DNA of 64,000 nt from Lama glama (taxonomy: Eukaryota), in assembly GCA_028534125.1 (NCBI GenBank), contig CM052817.1, forward strand, positions 39,246,001 through 39,310,000, written 5' to 3'. The stretch's first letter is position 1. The number at the start of each line of letters is the position of its first letter. Positions 10,461 through 23,040 of this stretch are shown piece after piece. The notes beneath the pieces were generated by a model. The model saw only the letters and a list, made by a program, of their open reading frames with translations. It was not told the DNA's origin and did no database searches. A program made the position numbers and the translations under genes.

Positions 10461-13400
10461 TTACCTTGGCTATTTTTTTTTTGCCACACATTCTGGTGCA
10501 CTATGACTCTGTCCTTGATTCAGCCTGTTGCCTGGTTTCTGTCAGGTAATTATTACCTATCTTTGGAATGAATGAAAGGATGAAGAAATGAATGAATGAC
10601 TTTGTATGGCCTTTCAGGGTATGTGCTCATCATCCCCTAACTAGATTTTGAGTGTTGTACTTCAAAATCTTATGAGAGAGGATCTGATGGGCTATAAGTT
10701 TGTTCTGTAAATGTGTCTCACATTAAATGGCTTCTCTGTTCAGTTCAGAGAGTGGTTTGAGAGTGTTTACATATTTTTAAGTTCAGGTAAGAATGGATTC
10801 CCATGTTGATGGTCTTAGTATATCACCAAGTGAAAAATCAAAAAAATTTTTGACTCATGTCTTGTCTTCCCAAGAAACTAGTTAAAGTCTTTTTAAATTC
10901 AAAACGTCAAGTTTCATATTCCCTGCTTCTCTACTACTTCAGTGCACAATTTTATATTGATTTCTAGCATCTTGTAGAGCTCTTTAACTCATGTGATTTA
11001 ATTTTATTTTTTATAGCAACCTTGAGGTAAGCCTGAAAGATGTATTTTCCCCCGTTTTGATGATGAAAAAAACTGAGGTTTGGATAAAATAAGCCAGTGG
11101 TTCCCAAGCTTGGGCCTTCAGCTCGTGTGGAGTATAATAAACACATAAAAATGGAAAGTCAGGGGCATAAGCTACTTTTCATATTTCAAGAAGCCTAGTG
11201 GAAATCGTCCACTTACCCTCAGTCAAGCCACTGAGGTAATTGTAACATCAACTTTTGTTGCTTTATGGCTGCTTAATATGGTAATGTGGTCATCTGTAGC
11301 AGTCTGGGATATTCATTGGATTAAATATGGATTGCTTAGGAAGGAAAAAATGGGATAAAGATTGAATTTCCTACTTTGTAAATATTGGGTTGGGCAGGCC
11401 TAATCCTTCCGAAGATCATACGATCCGAGCAAGGACCAATTCCTCCCTCTGCTAAAATGGAAGAGAACCTGTCACCATGTATGAAGAGTACCATGTATGC
11501 TTCTCTTAGTAGGAGGAAGGGCTACCAGAATTCCCTGTGTGAACCCAGATCCCAGTGTTTCTGCACGGACTCGGCCATGCCCAGCCATCTTTTTTGTAGC
11601 TGGTGTTAACGTCCAAGGACGTGGATAATAACCGCATACTTTTAGAAACAAATGACTGGATTTCTTCCACTCTTATAACAACCAGGCAGCGGTAAAGTAA
11701 ACCTCACCCCAACAGGAGAAAACACATTTTAAAGGTCCATAGAGACACAGCCACACAGTTATCCTCACTTAACTTCAGCTCTGGGAAACCAGGTACCTTT
11801 CACAGGCATGGACTCATTGAAATGGAGATTTCGAGAGAAAGGGCTCAAATAAACATTTTAATTTAAGTGAATCCATTTTCCCCATGCAAAAGTGGGAGGT
11901 ACAGAAGGATATTAACAAAAATACAAAGCTAAATATAAAAAAGAAGGAATTCTGTTATTTTTGTTAAAGGGTAAAGGCAGAAAGGGAAAAGGTCTCACTT
12001 GGCTTGAAGCCATGAAACTTAAGATAAAACTTTTCTTCCCTTTGCAGAAAAAGAAATGCTCATTAACAAAGAAAAATGTCACTCGAATCTGAAGAGCAAT
12101 GTAGCCATGTTTATCTTTGGCTTGGGATGCTGACATCAAGGATGGCGTTCACATGTTAACCTGGTGCCCTTATCAAAATAGAGGAACACTTTAATCACTG
12201 TGCTCCTACTTTTATCTTGGATTAGCCCCATTTTAGCTTTGGTGGACTTGAATTAAAGAAAAAGCAGGCAGAATTTTCACAAGAGTTATGAGCACCTCAT
12301 ACATGACCAAAATCCATTATGTAAATCCTGATTTGGGCTCCCTGTCAAAAAATATCTTTAGGGCCCTAAAACTATTCCTAAAGCATCTGCATACCATACT
12401 TCAAACACTAAAGGTTCTAAGAAGTTATTGGAGGTTTTAAAACAATCTCAAAACAGTTCTTCATTTATAATATTGGTGTCGACAATTAATAAAATAAATA
12501 TGCTTGCCAGCCTACCCAGGAAACAGAGTAGAAGACCGATAAATGAACAAGATCAGTAAATTCATCCTCTAGATTTATGAGTTTTTAGGGCAATCTTAAA
12601 ATGTTTGCAATTATTTTAATTCCCACAAAAGTGACTAGTGCTGTAATAAAACCTGAAAACAGTTGATGTTTTAAGAAATGAGGCATCGCTGCTAAACTTC
12701 CTACTACTAATTTAGCACAGATTTCAAGCTGAAATCAAGACAATATGCTTTCTTCAGCTGTGTTTATATGATTTCCAACCTCCCTGGTAATTGTCTTTTG
12801 GCTTTCATGTAGAAGTTTTTGGAAGAAAGTTGGCCCAAGGCTAAGTAACTTCATCTACCCTAAAAAAGGTCAGAAAGCACCAAATGGAATAATAGTAACT
12901 ACATTTATTGTTCAGTAGATACCACTGAAAGAATAAACAAAGGTTAAGTAGCAGAACCTTCAGTAATTTGAACCGGTTCACTCTGTTTGCCACACAAATC
13001 TTGCTAACTTGCAAAAGTCTCCTTGTGCAGAAGACAGTTAATTCTCTACGTTTCACATAAGACAGGATGTGTTTAGGTGGCCTGATCAAAAGCCTGAAGG
13101 GATACAGCAGAAAAAGAGTTTTGATTTCTGGATTCTCTCTTTACACAACTTCTGCAACACTTTGGCAAATGAATAGACAACCCTTCGTCCCTGGTGACAG
13201 TCCATCACTGCGCGTGATTCAGCATTAGGCAGCGTAAGCAGGAATTCCGACCCCCTCCCTGACCCCCCTTTCATTGTCTTGTGGGGGACACAGAGGTTAT
13301 TGGGAAGAGCCGGGAGGCTATTTTCAAGCGTGTATGATCTCACTGAAGGACCCTAGTTTATTGGTGAGGAGTTGAGTCCGTCAGCCATTATTCTTTCGGA

Positions 13401-13982
13401 GACTGTGTGTTATTTCACATATTTGTGCCTGTCTCCTTCAGGTGCAGAAGAGGGCTGACAGATACGCTTGCCTCATCTGCACTAGATGGAGAAAAGGGGT
13501 AAAGCCGAGTTGTAAAAAGTGTTCAGCTCAGTAATGACTTCTGTGCAGCCTCAGGAGATACTAGTGCTTGTGAGCGAATCTGCCTCTGACATGACTCCTG
13601 TGAATGTGGCCTCACCCGAAAGGAGAAGCAAGCATCAGTGGGAGTGCAGCGTGTGCTGCTGGTTTGCCACTGGGAGGACCCTTTACTCCTCTCTGGCCCA
13701 TTGCTGAAACCTAGGGCTTATTAACCCTTCAGAGGACAGCAGTGGCCTGGCTTGCAAATGCCAAAACCATACCCTCTCCAGAGCGCACATCTACACTGGA
13801 TTTCATTTTATTCTGTCTACAGAGGAAGGTGCTCTGCTCAGGCCTTGGCTTGGATGGGGCCCCAAAGTGAGAGAAATTTAGCAGCTTGAAAATCACTAGC
13901 CATCTTTTTGGCTAGAGCAATCCAAAGAAGACGGGAGGGTTTCAGTGAGGAACATATCAGGAACCAGTGATCAAAAGAAAGC

Positions 13983-14041
13983 AGCATGTACACCAGAAAT
14001 TGACACATTGTAACTGATTATACTTCAGTTAAAAAAAAAAA
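13983..14041 (+). mobile_element. Young camelid-type L1 3' end, ~60 bp
   Basis: tgtacaccagaaattgacacattgtaactgattatacttcagtt plus poly(A), near-identical to 57362-57410; imperfect TSD aaaagaaagc/aaaagacagc. Confidence 0.85.
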
Positions 14042-15649
14042 AAAAGACAGCCGGAAAGCCTCCAAATGTATACCCCTTTGGCTTGGAGGAGCAGGGAGTC
14101 AGCTGGGGTTGGGCCTACCCGAAACAAACTCTCAGTGATTTCCTAAAAGTGACCATGTGGGGCACAAATCCATCCATGTTTTCAATGAGTGCAGCCAGCG
14201 CTGTGGATGTCGGGCGATGGGCAGCGACAGATGGAGGGTTTCCGTGGCGGGCGGCCGGCCTTTATTCCCGTCTGAAGGCTCCCTCTTGTGTGAGTGTCGA
14301 CCGGCCATCTCCACTTAAACAATCCCTTTGCAGTGAATGGTTGTAGGACACATAACACCTCCTTTGTCTGTGAGCCTCTGCAAAGCTATCTGCTGTCTGC
14401 CCTCTGCCTGTGCATTTTTACGGTGACGATCAACATAATTCCTCGCTCCAGAGACACCTCAACTTGGTTGAAAGAGTGGCCTTTATCCATTGAAAACTAG
14501 GTTTTCTTGACTAATTGAAAACCAAAGGGAGTCAGAGTGAATTGTTTCAGCCTTTAACAATGAATTTAGGCTATTTATGGTGTTAGAAAGTCAGAAATTT
14601 CATCTTTATAACTTTGGAAAGTCCTAGTAAAAAAATGAAAAGATAACAGAAAGGGTGAACATAGAGAAAACAGAGTTTGGGCAAAACTCGAGGGGTTCTT
14701 TAGGTGTGCAGTTTTGTTTGTTTGTTTGTTTGTGGTTTTTTTTTTGGCATCTGAATTGAAAGCTGTCTTTACTGTCTTTGTCACACTTTCCTTAGGAGAG
14801 GTTTGGACGTGTCTCATTCTGTTCTGCCTCTTCACGTGGCTGAGACCTCAGGCAGGTTCTGAATGAGCATGGGTGTGCTGGGCCCCTGAGTGATAATGTT
14901 TCAGGTGACAAGTTAAGGTAGGGATGCATCAGAGATGCCCATCCCCCACTGCTTCAGTTCTGTCCCACTAAGGTCCTGCCACAGAGGTACCCCACAGCCA
15001 GAACAGCACATGTCACCTCTCTTGGAAGTGGATTTTATCAGAATAACCTGCAATCTGCTTGATTTTTAAATACCAAAGAGAATGCTAGTGAAGGAGGACC
15101 TACTATGTATCTGAACCAACATCTTCCAAGGAGATTAAATGGAAATAATCCACTCAACAGCCTGATATGAGAGTTTTCTCCTCATTTTCACAGATGAGGA
15201 AAGAAGCTCAGAAATTCAAGGGCCTTAATCCTAGATGTGAAAGTATAAATATCAAACGGCCCTTAGAATCCCAAATCTTCCCCTCCCACCTTAAATCATT
15301 TTTCAAAACCCAAAAGCCATGAACAAATGAACAAGTAAATAAATTCATAAACAAATACATTTAATTCAGTGGTGCTGTGCATTTCTCAGCTTTATTTTTA
15401 TATTAAGTGAAGTAAAGTTAATGTGAATCTTAAATTGAGGAAAAAGGAAACACTTAAAAACCTCACTGCCCCTCACCAGCAAGCTTTAAGGAGGAATGAC
15501 TTATTTCCAATCAAATTCAGTGACTTTAAGTGAATTTTGGCAATAATCGATGGTCATGTAAGAATTACTTCAGTCAGGATAAAAAATATTTCCATCTCTG
15601 CCCCTTTGCAGCTGATCCTCTGATCTCCAGCCCCAGGCAAATACTATTC

Positions 15650-15921
15650 TTCATTCCTTTGCTCTAGCTTTGTCAGCAGTCTTTTCCAGTTTCTCTTTCC
15701 TGCCTCAGGACCTTTGCACATGCTTTTCTGTCTGTGAGACGGCCTTTCTCACATCGCACACTTCTCTCTCCTTGGCTAACGTCCGCTCACCTTTTATATT
15801 TCAGCTTAAGTGCCGCTTCTTTAGAGAACCTTCCATGATCCCCTTTCCCCACCATATCCAAACTAAAAGATGTCTCATTTTATTTTCACTTATAGCACTT
15901 CTATCTTTCCCTCAATGTCAC

Positions 15922-15966
<45 letters not shown>

Positions 15967-16160
15967 ACACACACACATACTGTGGAGGTATTTATTTGAT
16001 TTCTTTGTCTCTATCACTATACTTTGTTTCATGAATGCATGGAAAATATCTGTTTTGTTCATCGTTGTATTTTCACTTTATTGATAATCATCACTTCACT
16101 CATACATTAGCTATATTCTTGGAACATAGCTGGTAGACCTCACATATTTTTTAAATGAAT
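15650..16160 (+). mobile_element. L2 3' fragment containing a (TA)n(CA)n microsatellite at ~15924-15978
   Basis: cctcaggacctttgcacatgct...tcagcttaagtgcc...tatctgttttgttcatcgttgtat...ttaaatgaat. Confidence 0.75.
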
Positions 16161-17479
16161 TACTTGGATATCTAGTTTTATCTATATAAAAATTCTGTAA
16201 AGCCTTTCATGGTGCCAGTGGAAAATCCACCTCCTTGTCACCCTCTGCTGTTTATCTGAGTTCTACCTACTCTGTACCTGGGGTGCTCAAGCTGCATCTC
16301 AGCCCCAAAGCTCTGAGGTTCAGTTCACCTGAGAGTTTTAGCCAACACAACTAAGAAGGAAAATTCCGCCATTAGCCAGCATACACGAGCCACAGGTTAA
16401 TATGTAACCACTTCACCAACTGGCAGGAGATGGGGCAGGAAGATAAGGGACAGGCAAAAAGTCTCCTTGACTTTTTGTTTGTTTGTTTTTTGTCTCCTTG
16501 ACTTTGCTTGCCCAAGGTATGATTTTTGGCTGCTCATTTAGACTAGAAGTCTGAGCATGGCTGTTGGGGGTGGGCAGGAGAGGAGGAAATAGTGTGGAGT
16601 GCTGTGGCTTAGGATTCTAGGTGTGCTGCTGTCAGACCACTGTTTGGTGATGATGACAGTGATGCTGGTGTTGGTGGAGATGATGGAAACATTGATGGTA
16701 GTGAAAAGAACAATTACACTAACACGTGTGCACTTGACATGCTGGAAACCCTTCTCCATCCATTACATCCGTGTGTTTTATCATCTCCCACCCCTACAAA
16801 CTGGGTGCTCTGACTTCCATTTTCATGACCCAGGTCAGAACCCCATAGAGAACCAAGCAGGCAGTAAAGTAGAGGTGAGAGGTGGATGACCGTGGGAGTC
16901 AGGCCTCCTCTACCCTGGGACTGGCTGCAGAGAGCTTACCTCTTTGGGCTGACAACAGCTTGCCCTTTGGCTGTGGTCAGAGAATTGGGATCACCGCGAT
17001 CATCTTTATAATTATTGTCACCCGGGAGCTTTTACGAATTCCTAGAGCTGAGTCTAAAAGGGAAAGTGCTTGGGGGAGTTGTAGCTGTAAAACTGTGCCC
17101 AGGACCTAAGTCAGCTCGGGGGTGACCTCTGCATTGTAACTCATGTGAGGGCTTTGGTCCTGGAGGAGACTGGAGTCTTCTACAACAGAGAGCTGGGCCT
17201 AGGGAGCTTATCTGACCCCATGTTGTCTGCGAGGTTAACTACGGCACTGGTACTGTGAGCAGTAGCTCAGACCCCTGAAACAACCGTGGACCCAAGTGAT
17301 GCCATTTCCTTCACCTGCCCATTGGAGGTTCCTTCCCACTGAGTAGGTTACAGCCCCAAATGACCAGTTTCTCAGTATGTTACAAAAGTGAACCAACTCC
17401 TTTTCCATTTCATAGAGGATTCCTTTAGTTGTTAGCAGCTGCCATTTGCTTGGTCATTTCATCCAAGCTCAAGGCTGAA

Positions 17480-18210
17480 AATACCATCTATACACTGATG
17501 CCTCCCAAATTTGGGTCTCCAGTCTAGACCTCCCCCCTGAGTGCATCCCGCTGCCTCTCTGACATCTCTGCTTGGAAGTCAAATGGTCATTTGAAGACCA
17601 ACATCCAAACCTGGGCTACTAATAACTATTCCCAAACCTGTCGTCTTCCCCGTCCGGTTAATGACCATCCTATTTCCAGCTACTCAGGCCCCAAATCTCT
17701 CTCTCACACCACACATTTGATCTCGCAGCAAACGCTAATAGGTCTTCCTTCAAAATATATCCAGAATCTGAGCACTTTTCACTACCCCCACTGCTATGAG
17801 TTTTGTCCAAGCTGCCATCGTTTTCTCATCCAGTTTGTTATAATAGCTTCATGATGGAACTCCCCACTTCTACCCTTGCCCACTTTGAGTCAGTTTTCAA
17901 TAGAGCATTCAGGACATACCTGTCAAAATATATCAGCTTACAGCAATCCTCTGCTCTGAACCCTCTGATGATTTCTCATCTCAGAGTGAAAGCAATGTCC
18001 TCCCAGAGATGCACATAAAAGTTCTATCCAAGCTTGTCCTTATTACCCCGAGCATAGCCTGCCTTTCCACCTTCCACCAACATGCCTCCACCTGGCTGGC
18101 CCTTTTCCTTGCTCTTCTTTGAACTCCTACCTCAGGGTTTGGTATTTGCCATTCACACAGGCTGAAGTGCTTGCCTCCCGGGTACCTCTGTGGTTTGCTC
18201 CTTCACCTTC
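17480..18210 (+). mobile_element. L2a-like fragment
   Basis: ataccatctatacactgatgcctcccaaatt...ccttcaaaatatatccagaatctg...cctacctcagggtttgg. Confidence 0.75.
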
Positions 18211-18234
18211 TCTGGTATAAAATACGGAGTTGCA

Positions 18235-18790
18235 GTTTCAGATGAGGGACCTGAATGATAAGGGGCTAAGTGCAGGCAGAAATGGTGAGTTGTGGCTGAG
18301 GGACCATTGATCTATAAGGAAAGAGTGTTCCAGGCAGAGGGCACAGCAAGTGCCAAAGCCTTAAGTTAGGACAATGCTTGGCTTGTTTAGAGAAAAGCAA
18401 GTTGACCATTGTGGCAAAGGGGGCAGTGATAGGAGATGAGGTCAGATTTGGGGGCCAAATCTGGGAGCCTCTGGAAACACTTCGGCTTTCATTCTGAGTG
18501 AGATGGGTGTTTTGCTGGTCAGTGACATGGTCTGATTTAACATTTTTAGGAGAATTCTTTTGATTTCTATGTGCAGAAGAATAAACTGTAGGATCAGTAT
18601 TGGAAGCCAGGAGACCAGACAAGATAATTAATATAGTCCAGAAGAGAAATTATGGCAGCTTGGATCACAGTTTAATATTAGAAATGATAAAAGGATTCGC
18701 TTGGATTCCGCCACCAGAATTTCCTAATGGATGAGATGGTGAGATAGGAGGGGAAAGGTGATGCAAGGAAGACTCCATATTTGACAGTGT
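18235..18790 (-). mobile_element. L2 fragment, inverted relative to its neighbours
   Basis: gagtgttccaggcagagggcacagcaagtgccaaagcc...gacatggtctgatttaacattttt...ggaagccaggagaccag. Confidence 0.75.
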
Positions 18791-19462
18791 GCCGTCATCT
18801 TTTGCCCAGACTTCCATAATCACACCTCACTGTTCCATCTGTACATATTCTTGTCCCCTCTTCAGCCTGTTTCTACCCTTGTCCCCTCAACCATCTGTTC
18901 TCACACTCCAGCAGAATGATCTTCTCAAAGTGCAAAACCAGGCAGTAAATTACCATTGACTGTAGGAAGAAGGCAGAAGTCTCCCCCAAGTTCACATATC
19001 TGAGGCCCCTCCTACCTGTCTGGTCTCATCTTGTGCCTGGCCCCCCTACTTATTGTCTGCCCTCCACACACGCTGACTTTTGTCCCCCATCTCATCACGA
19101 TTCCTTCCACCGAAGGGACTTTGTGCACGAGTTTCTTTTGCCTGCAATGTCTTTTCCTCTCCTCTTCACTGAATTAATTCTTACTTATGCTTCCTGTCTT
19201 AGCTTAATCATCATTTCTTCAGGAAATCTTCTCTGACCCTCCTGACAAGGTCAAAAACTCCCTCTCAGAGAACCATATTCTGCTCCTTATTAAGGAAAGA
19301 TCACAGTTTCAGTTTGTCCATTTAATTTATTTTTGCTTCTGCTTCAGACTGCACTACAAGGGAGCAAGGACTATATATTTTTTCTCTCACCATTCCGTCC
19401 CCAGCACCTAGCATGGTACTAGGACATAGTACATTTGTTGCATGAGTGAATAAATGAATAGC
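18790..19462 (+). mobile_element. L2b-like 3' fragment
   Basis: agggactttgtgcac...ccccagcacctagcatggtactaggacatagtacatttgttgcatgagtgaataaatgaat. Confidence 0.7.
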
Positions 19463-19914
19463 TTCTGTACTAAAATGGGATCATTTCTTTTTAATATTTC
19501 TTGAGACACTGATTCGCTTGCCCTCATGTTTCTTTATCCATGACCAGCTGTACTGCTCAAGCTCCCAGCTCTAGTCTACAGAGGGGCCCCACTCCTTTAT
19601 TTGCTATTTTGTTGCAGGTCTCACTCATGTCAAGTGTATGGGCATGAATGACCATGAGATACTGAGCAGAAGACTTTGGCAATACATTCAGGTGGCTTTT
19701 GAAAGGACTGTGTAGTGATTTACATTTTCTAAAAAGCTTTCATAATTTAATCCTCTCAGCAATCCTGTGAGATAGAGAGACAGGAATTATACCCATGGTA
19801 ATAGAAAGAAAAAAAAGATGAATGAAGACATCTTTATTGAGTAAACTGGTAGAAGCTTCCCTGCTTCTGAGCAAGGGAAGAAAATTGTTTGATGTGAAAA
19901 TTAAAGCATTTCTT

Positions 19915-20695
19915 ACTGCTCTGTCTGCTATTGTTGTCACATGTGGCCTTTGGGCACGTGAGATGTGGCTAATTCTAATTGAGATTCATTGTAAGTGTAA
20001 AACACACACATCAGATTTGGAAGACTTAGCATGAAATATTGATTACATTGAAATGGTAATATTTTTGGATATACTGGATCAAATAAAATGTATTATTTCA
20101 ACAGATTGAATAATGACCCCCTAAGTACCAAGCCCTACTTCTTGGAACCTGTAAATGTTACCTTATTTGGAAAAAGACTTTTGTAGACGTGATTAAGTCA
20201 AAGCTTAAGTTAAGGATCTTGAGATGGGGAGATTGTCCTGAATGATTCAGGTGGGTGCTAAATGGAATCACACAAGCCCTTATGAGAGAAGGTAGAGGTA
20301 GTTAGACACACANNNNNNNNNNNNNNNNNNNNNNNNNNNNNNNNNNNNNNNNNNNNNNNNNNNNNNNNNNNNNNNNNNNNNNNNNNNNNNNNNNNNNNNN
20401 NNNNNNNNNNNNNNNNNNNNNNNNNNNNNNNNNNNNNNNNNNNNNNNNNNNNNNNNNNNGATTTCAGCTCAGCGATACTGATTTTGGCCTCCAGAACTCC
20501 AAGAGAGTAAATGTGTTGTCTTAAGCCACCAAGTTTGTGGTGATTTCTTACAGCAGCCCCAGGAACCTAACACATTATTAAAATTAATTTTACCTGTTCC
20601 ATTTCACTTTTTTAAAAAAGTGGCTACTAGTTAATTAAGAGTATTACATATGTGGCTTGCATTCTATTTTTCTTGGACAGTGCCGCCTTAAACTA
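19915..20695. mobile_element. MER33/MER3-like hAT-Charlie DNA transposon split by an MLT1 insertion
   Basis: Left half (cacatgtggc...tgtaagtgtaaaacacacacatcagatttggaagacttag...aaataaaatgtattatt) continues after 20575 (ttattaaaattaattttacctgtt...gtggctactag...tatgtggcttgcatt...ttggacagtgc). Confidence 0.8.
20098..20574 (+). mobile_element. MLT1C/D-like solo LTR (contains gap 20313-20459)
   Basis: ggaacctgtaaatgttaccttatttggaaaaag...ggatcttgagatggggagatt...ggcctccagaact...ttaagccaccaagtttgtggt...ggaacctaacaca; 5-bp TSD ttatt. Confidence 0.85.
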
Positions 20696-21129
20696 TTTGA
20701 AGGATAATTATAAAGATGGCTGTCTCTAGAACTGTAGCAGATAGAATAAAAGCTAACGGGGTTTAGCATGCAAAGCGGGTTTAAATATACGAAGAAGCAT
20801 AAGCAAGGTTTAATTGCTATTAAATATTGAACCTGGCCAGCAGAGGCCATGGCTAGCAGTCTCAGAAAGTCAGAGCTGTAGCCACATGTCAGCCAAACTT
20901 GCTCCAGAACTGTATGGGAAAATGGGACTGGGGTTAGGAGGCTTGGAGCCTTGTTCCCACTTTGAATCATGCTCAATTGTTGAAATTATGAGGTGAAGTA
21001 TTTTCAATAATCAAATTTGTATTCCACCATTTCTACTTCTGTCTGGGAAATTCCACCTTTTTCATGGTGCTGAATTAGCAGATCAAGAATAACAAAGCCA
21101 AGAACAAACTAAAGCTACTTAGAGGCATA

Positions 21130-21355
21130 ATGTAAAGAGTGGAAGGATTAGGGTCAGATAGAACCAGGGCATGTCAAACTACTTGCAATAGTGGGATCTC
21201 TGGGTGAAGAACTGATTTCCCTGAGCCTCAATTTTATCATCTATAAAATGGATCTAATAGTATATGCCTTGCATGTTGTTCTAAGGATTGGAAATAATAT
21301 ATGTAAAGTATTTGTCACATAAGAGCAACATAGTAAACAGGAATTTTTGTTATTT
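21130..21355 (+). mobile_element. MIR SINE
   Basis: ccctgagcctcaattttatcatctataaaatgg...gttctaaggatt...tatgtaaagta core. Confidence 0.7.
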
Positions 21356-21649
21356 TTATTAAGGCTTTTCACATTGATGTTGGTCAATGAATGGAGTTGA
21401 TCATTTCAAATTGGACTTCACCAAGATGGCATTATATTTTCTAGTGCAGTCCTAAAAGATAAAGGAATGCTGTAAAAGTTGTAAATCAGCAGTTTCTGGA
21501 TTTGTAAGAGACTCACATTGCAGCTGACTTGGCAAAAAGTACAAAAGATTGAAACTAAGTGTTTTATCTATGGAATTTAAGTTTTTGATCTGCCTGCAGT
21601 AGTCCATGTTCTATAGGAGTGAAGGTCTTTGAGTCTGTTTAGGAAGAGG

Positions 21650-21900
21650 AGATGATAGCTAATGTCTATTAGAAGTTACCATTAAGGCACTTTTCCAGTA
21701 CTTTAATAAGAAGATTAATTCCTCTAATCCTTATAGCAACCCTATGTGGTAGATACTACTAATATCATTTCCATTTAACAGATGAAGAAATTGAGACACA
21801 GGCTGATGAAATACTTTGCCTAATGTAAACAGTTATTTAAGACTGATATGGGTATTTGAACTCAGGCTACCTGGCTTTAATACTGTACTTCTTATAACAA
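21650..21900 (-). mobile_element. MIR SINE followed by (TA)n at ~21908-21938
   Basis: taatccttatagcaaccctatgtggtagatact...catttaacagatgaagaaattgagacacag...atttgaactcagg. Confidence 0.75.
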
Positions 21901-21902
21901 TG

Positions 21903-21940
<38 letters not shown>

Positions 21941-22024
21941 CTTTTCATAGAATATAGAGCTTTCTAGACAGACCAAGGCATTTGCAAGTACTCATTGCTG
22001 ATAGCTTCATTTCATCCACATATT

Positions 22025-22620
22025 GATAATACATTCAGAACACATTTATTGGACACCTACTATTTGCAACATATTGTGAAAGACACTAAAGGAATACAAA
22101 TACAAATGAGACAGCATCTGGCCTCAAGGAGTTCACAATGTAATGAGGAAGGTGGTTATGTTAGCAATAAACTATGAGGCAAAGAAAATCAAAGTGAATG
22201 TGAACCAGAGGTATAAGCAACTGTTGTTGGAGAAGAGTCTCTCCCAGGGGCTCCAAGTGCCATGTGTGCACCTTTATTGCACATATCACGCTCGAATGCA
22301 ATCATCTGTCCAATTCTCAGTCTTCCTCACTAGACTGGGACAATGGGGACGGTGTTTTATCCATCTTTGTTTTGAGGCATCTATCCTTTGATCCTGGGCA
22401 TCTATCAAATTCCCTGGCATCTAACAGGTTCTCAGTAATTGTCTATGGAACGCATGAATAAATGGAGAAATAGGTGCGGAGGAAAAAGAGGTCAAATCGG
22501 ACTGGGAGAATCCAGCAAAGCTTGGCTGGCACTTTGGCTTTTGAACTTGATCTTGGAAGATAGGAGGATTTTGATGGATGAAAAGGTGATAACTTGAGGA
22601 AAGGCTGGACGTAAGATTGA
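22025..22620. mobile_element. Cluster of L2 fragments in mixed orientation
   Basis: acatttattggacacctactat (minus); cactagactgggaca...ctggcatctaacaggttctcagtaattgtc...atgaataaatg (plus). Confidence 0.55.
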
Positions 22621-22849
22621 TGAGACAGAAGGAACAGTTATATAAAGTTACAGATAAAGAGAAACTTGTGTATTTTTCAGAGACAGGAGTCTGTGGTTTG
22701 CTGATCAATGCCAAGGTTAAGGGTAGAACTGATATAATTCTCCAGATAATTCAGACTAAGCCTCAAACACTTGATATGAGGAAGAAGAATTTGATGGATG
22801 CTTGAATTGTTCTAAATATTCAGCCCCAAATCATTGACTGGGTATTTAT

Positions 22850-23040
22850 CGCATGTCCAACATTTCACAGATATTAGTTGATCCTCGCAGCACCATGTAC
22901 CTGCTTATTTTACAGATGAAAATGCTGAGGTTCAGTGCAGATGAGGGACCTGCCCACCCAGGTAATTAGAGGTGGAGCCAGGATTGGAAACCCAATTCCT
23001 GGGTCCAGGGCCCTTGTGGTCTTCTCTAGCACACAGCCCT
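22850..23040 (-). mobile_element. MIR SINE
   Basis: ttttacagatgaaaatgctgaggttcag...ggtggagccaggattggaaaccca. Confidence 0.7.

Noticed and set aside
13442-13498. Possible + strand exon after the good acceptor tgtctccttcag
   Set aside because: The donor (gg|gtaaag) is weak, the peptide is unrecognisable, and no partner exons are identifiable
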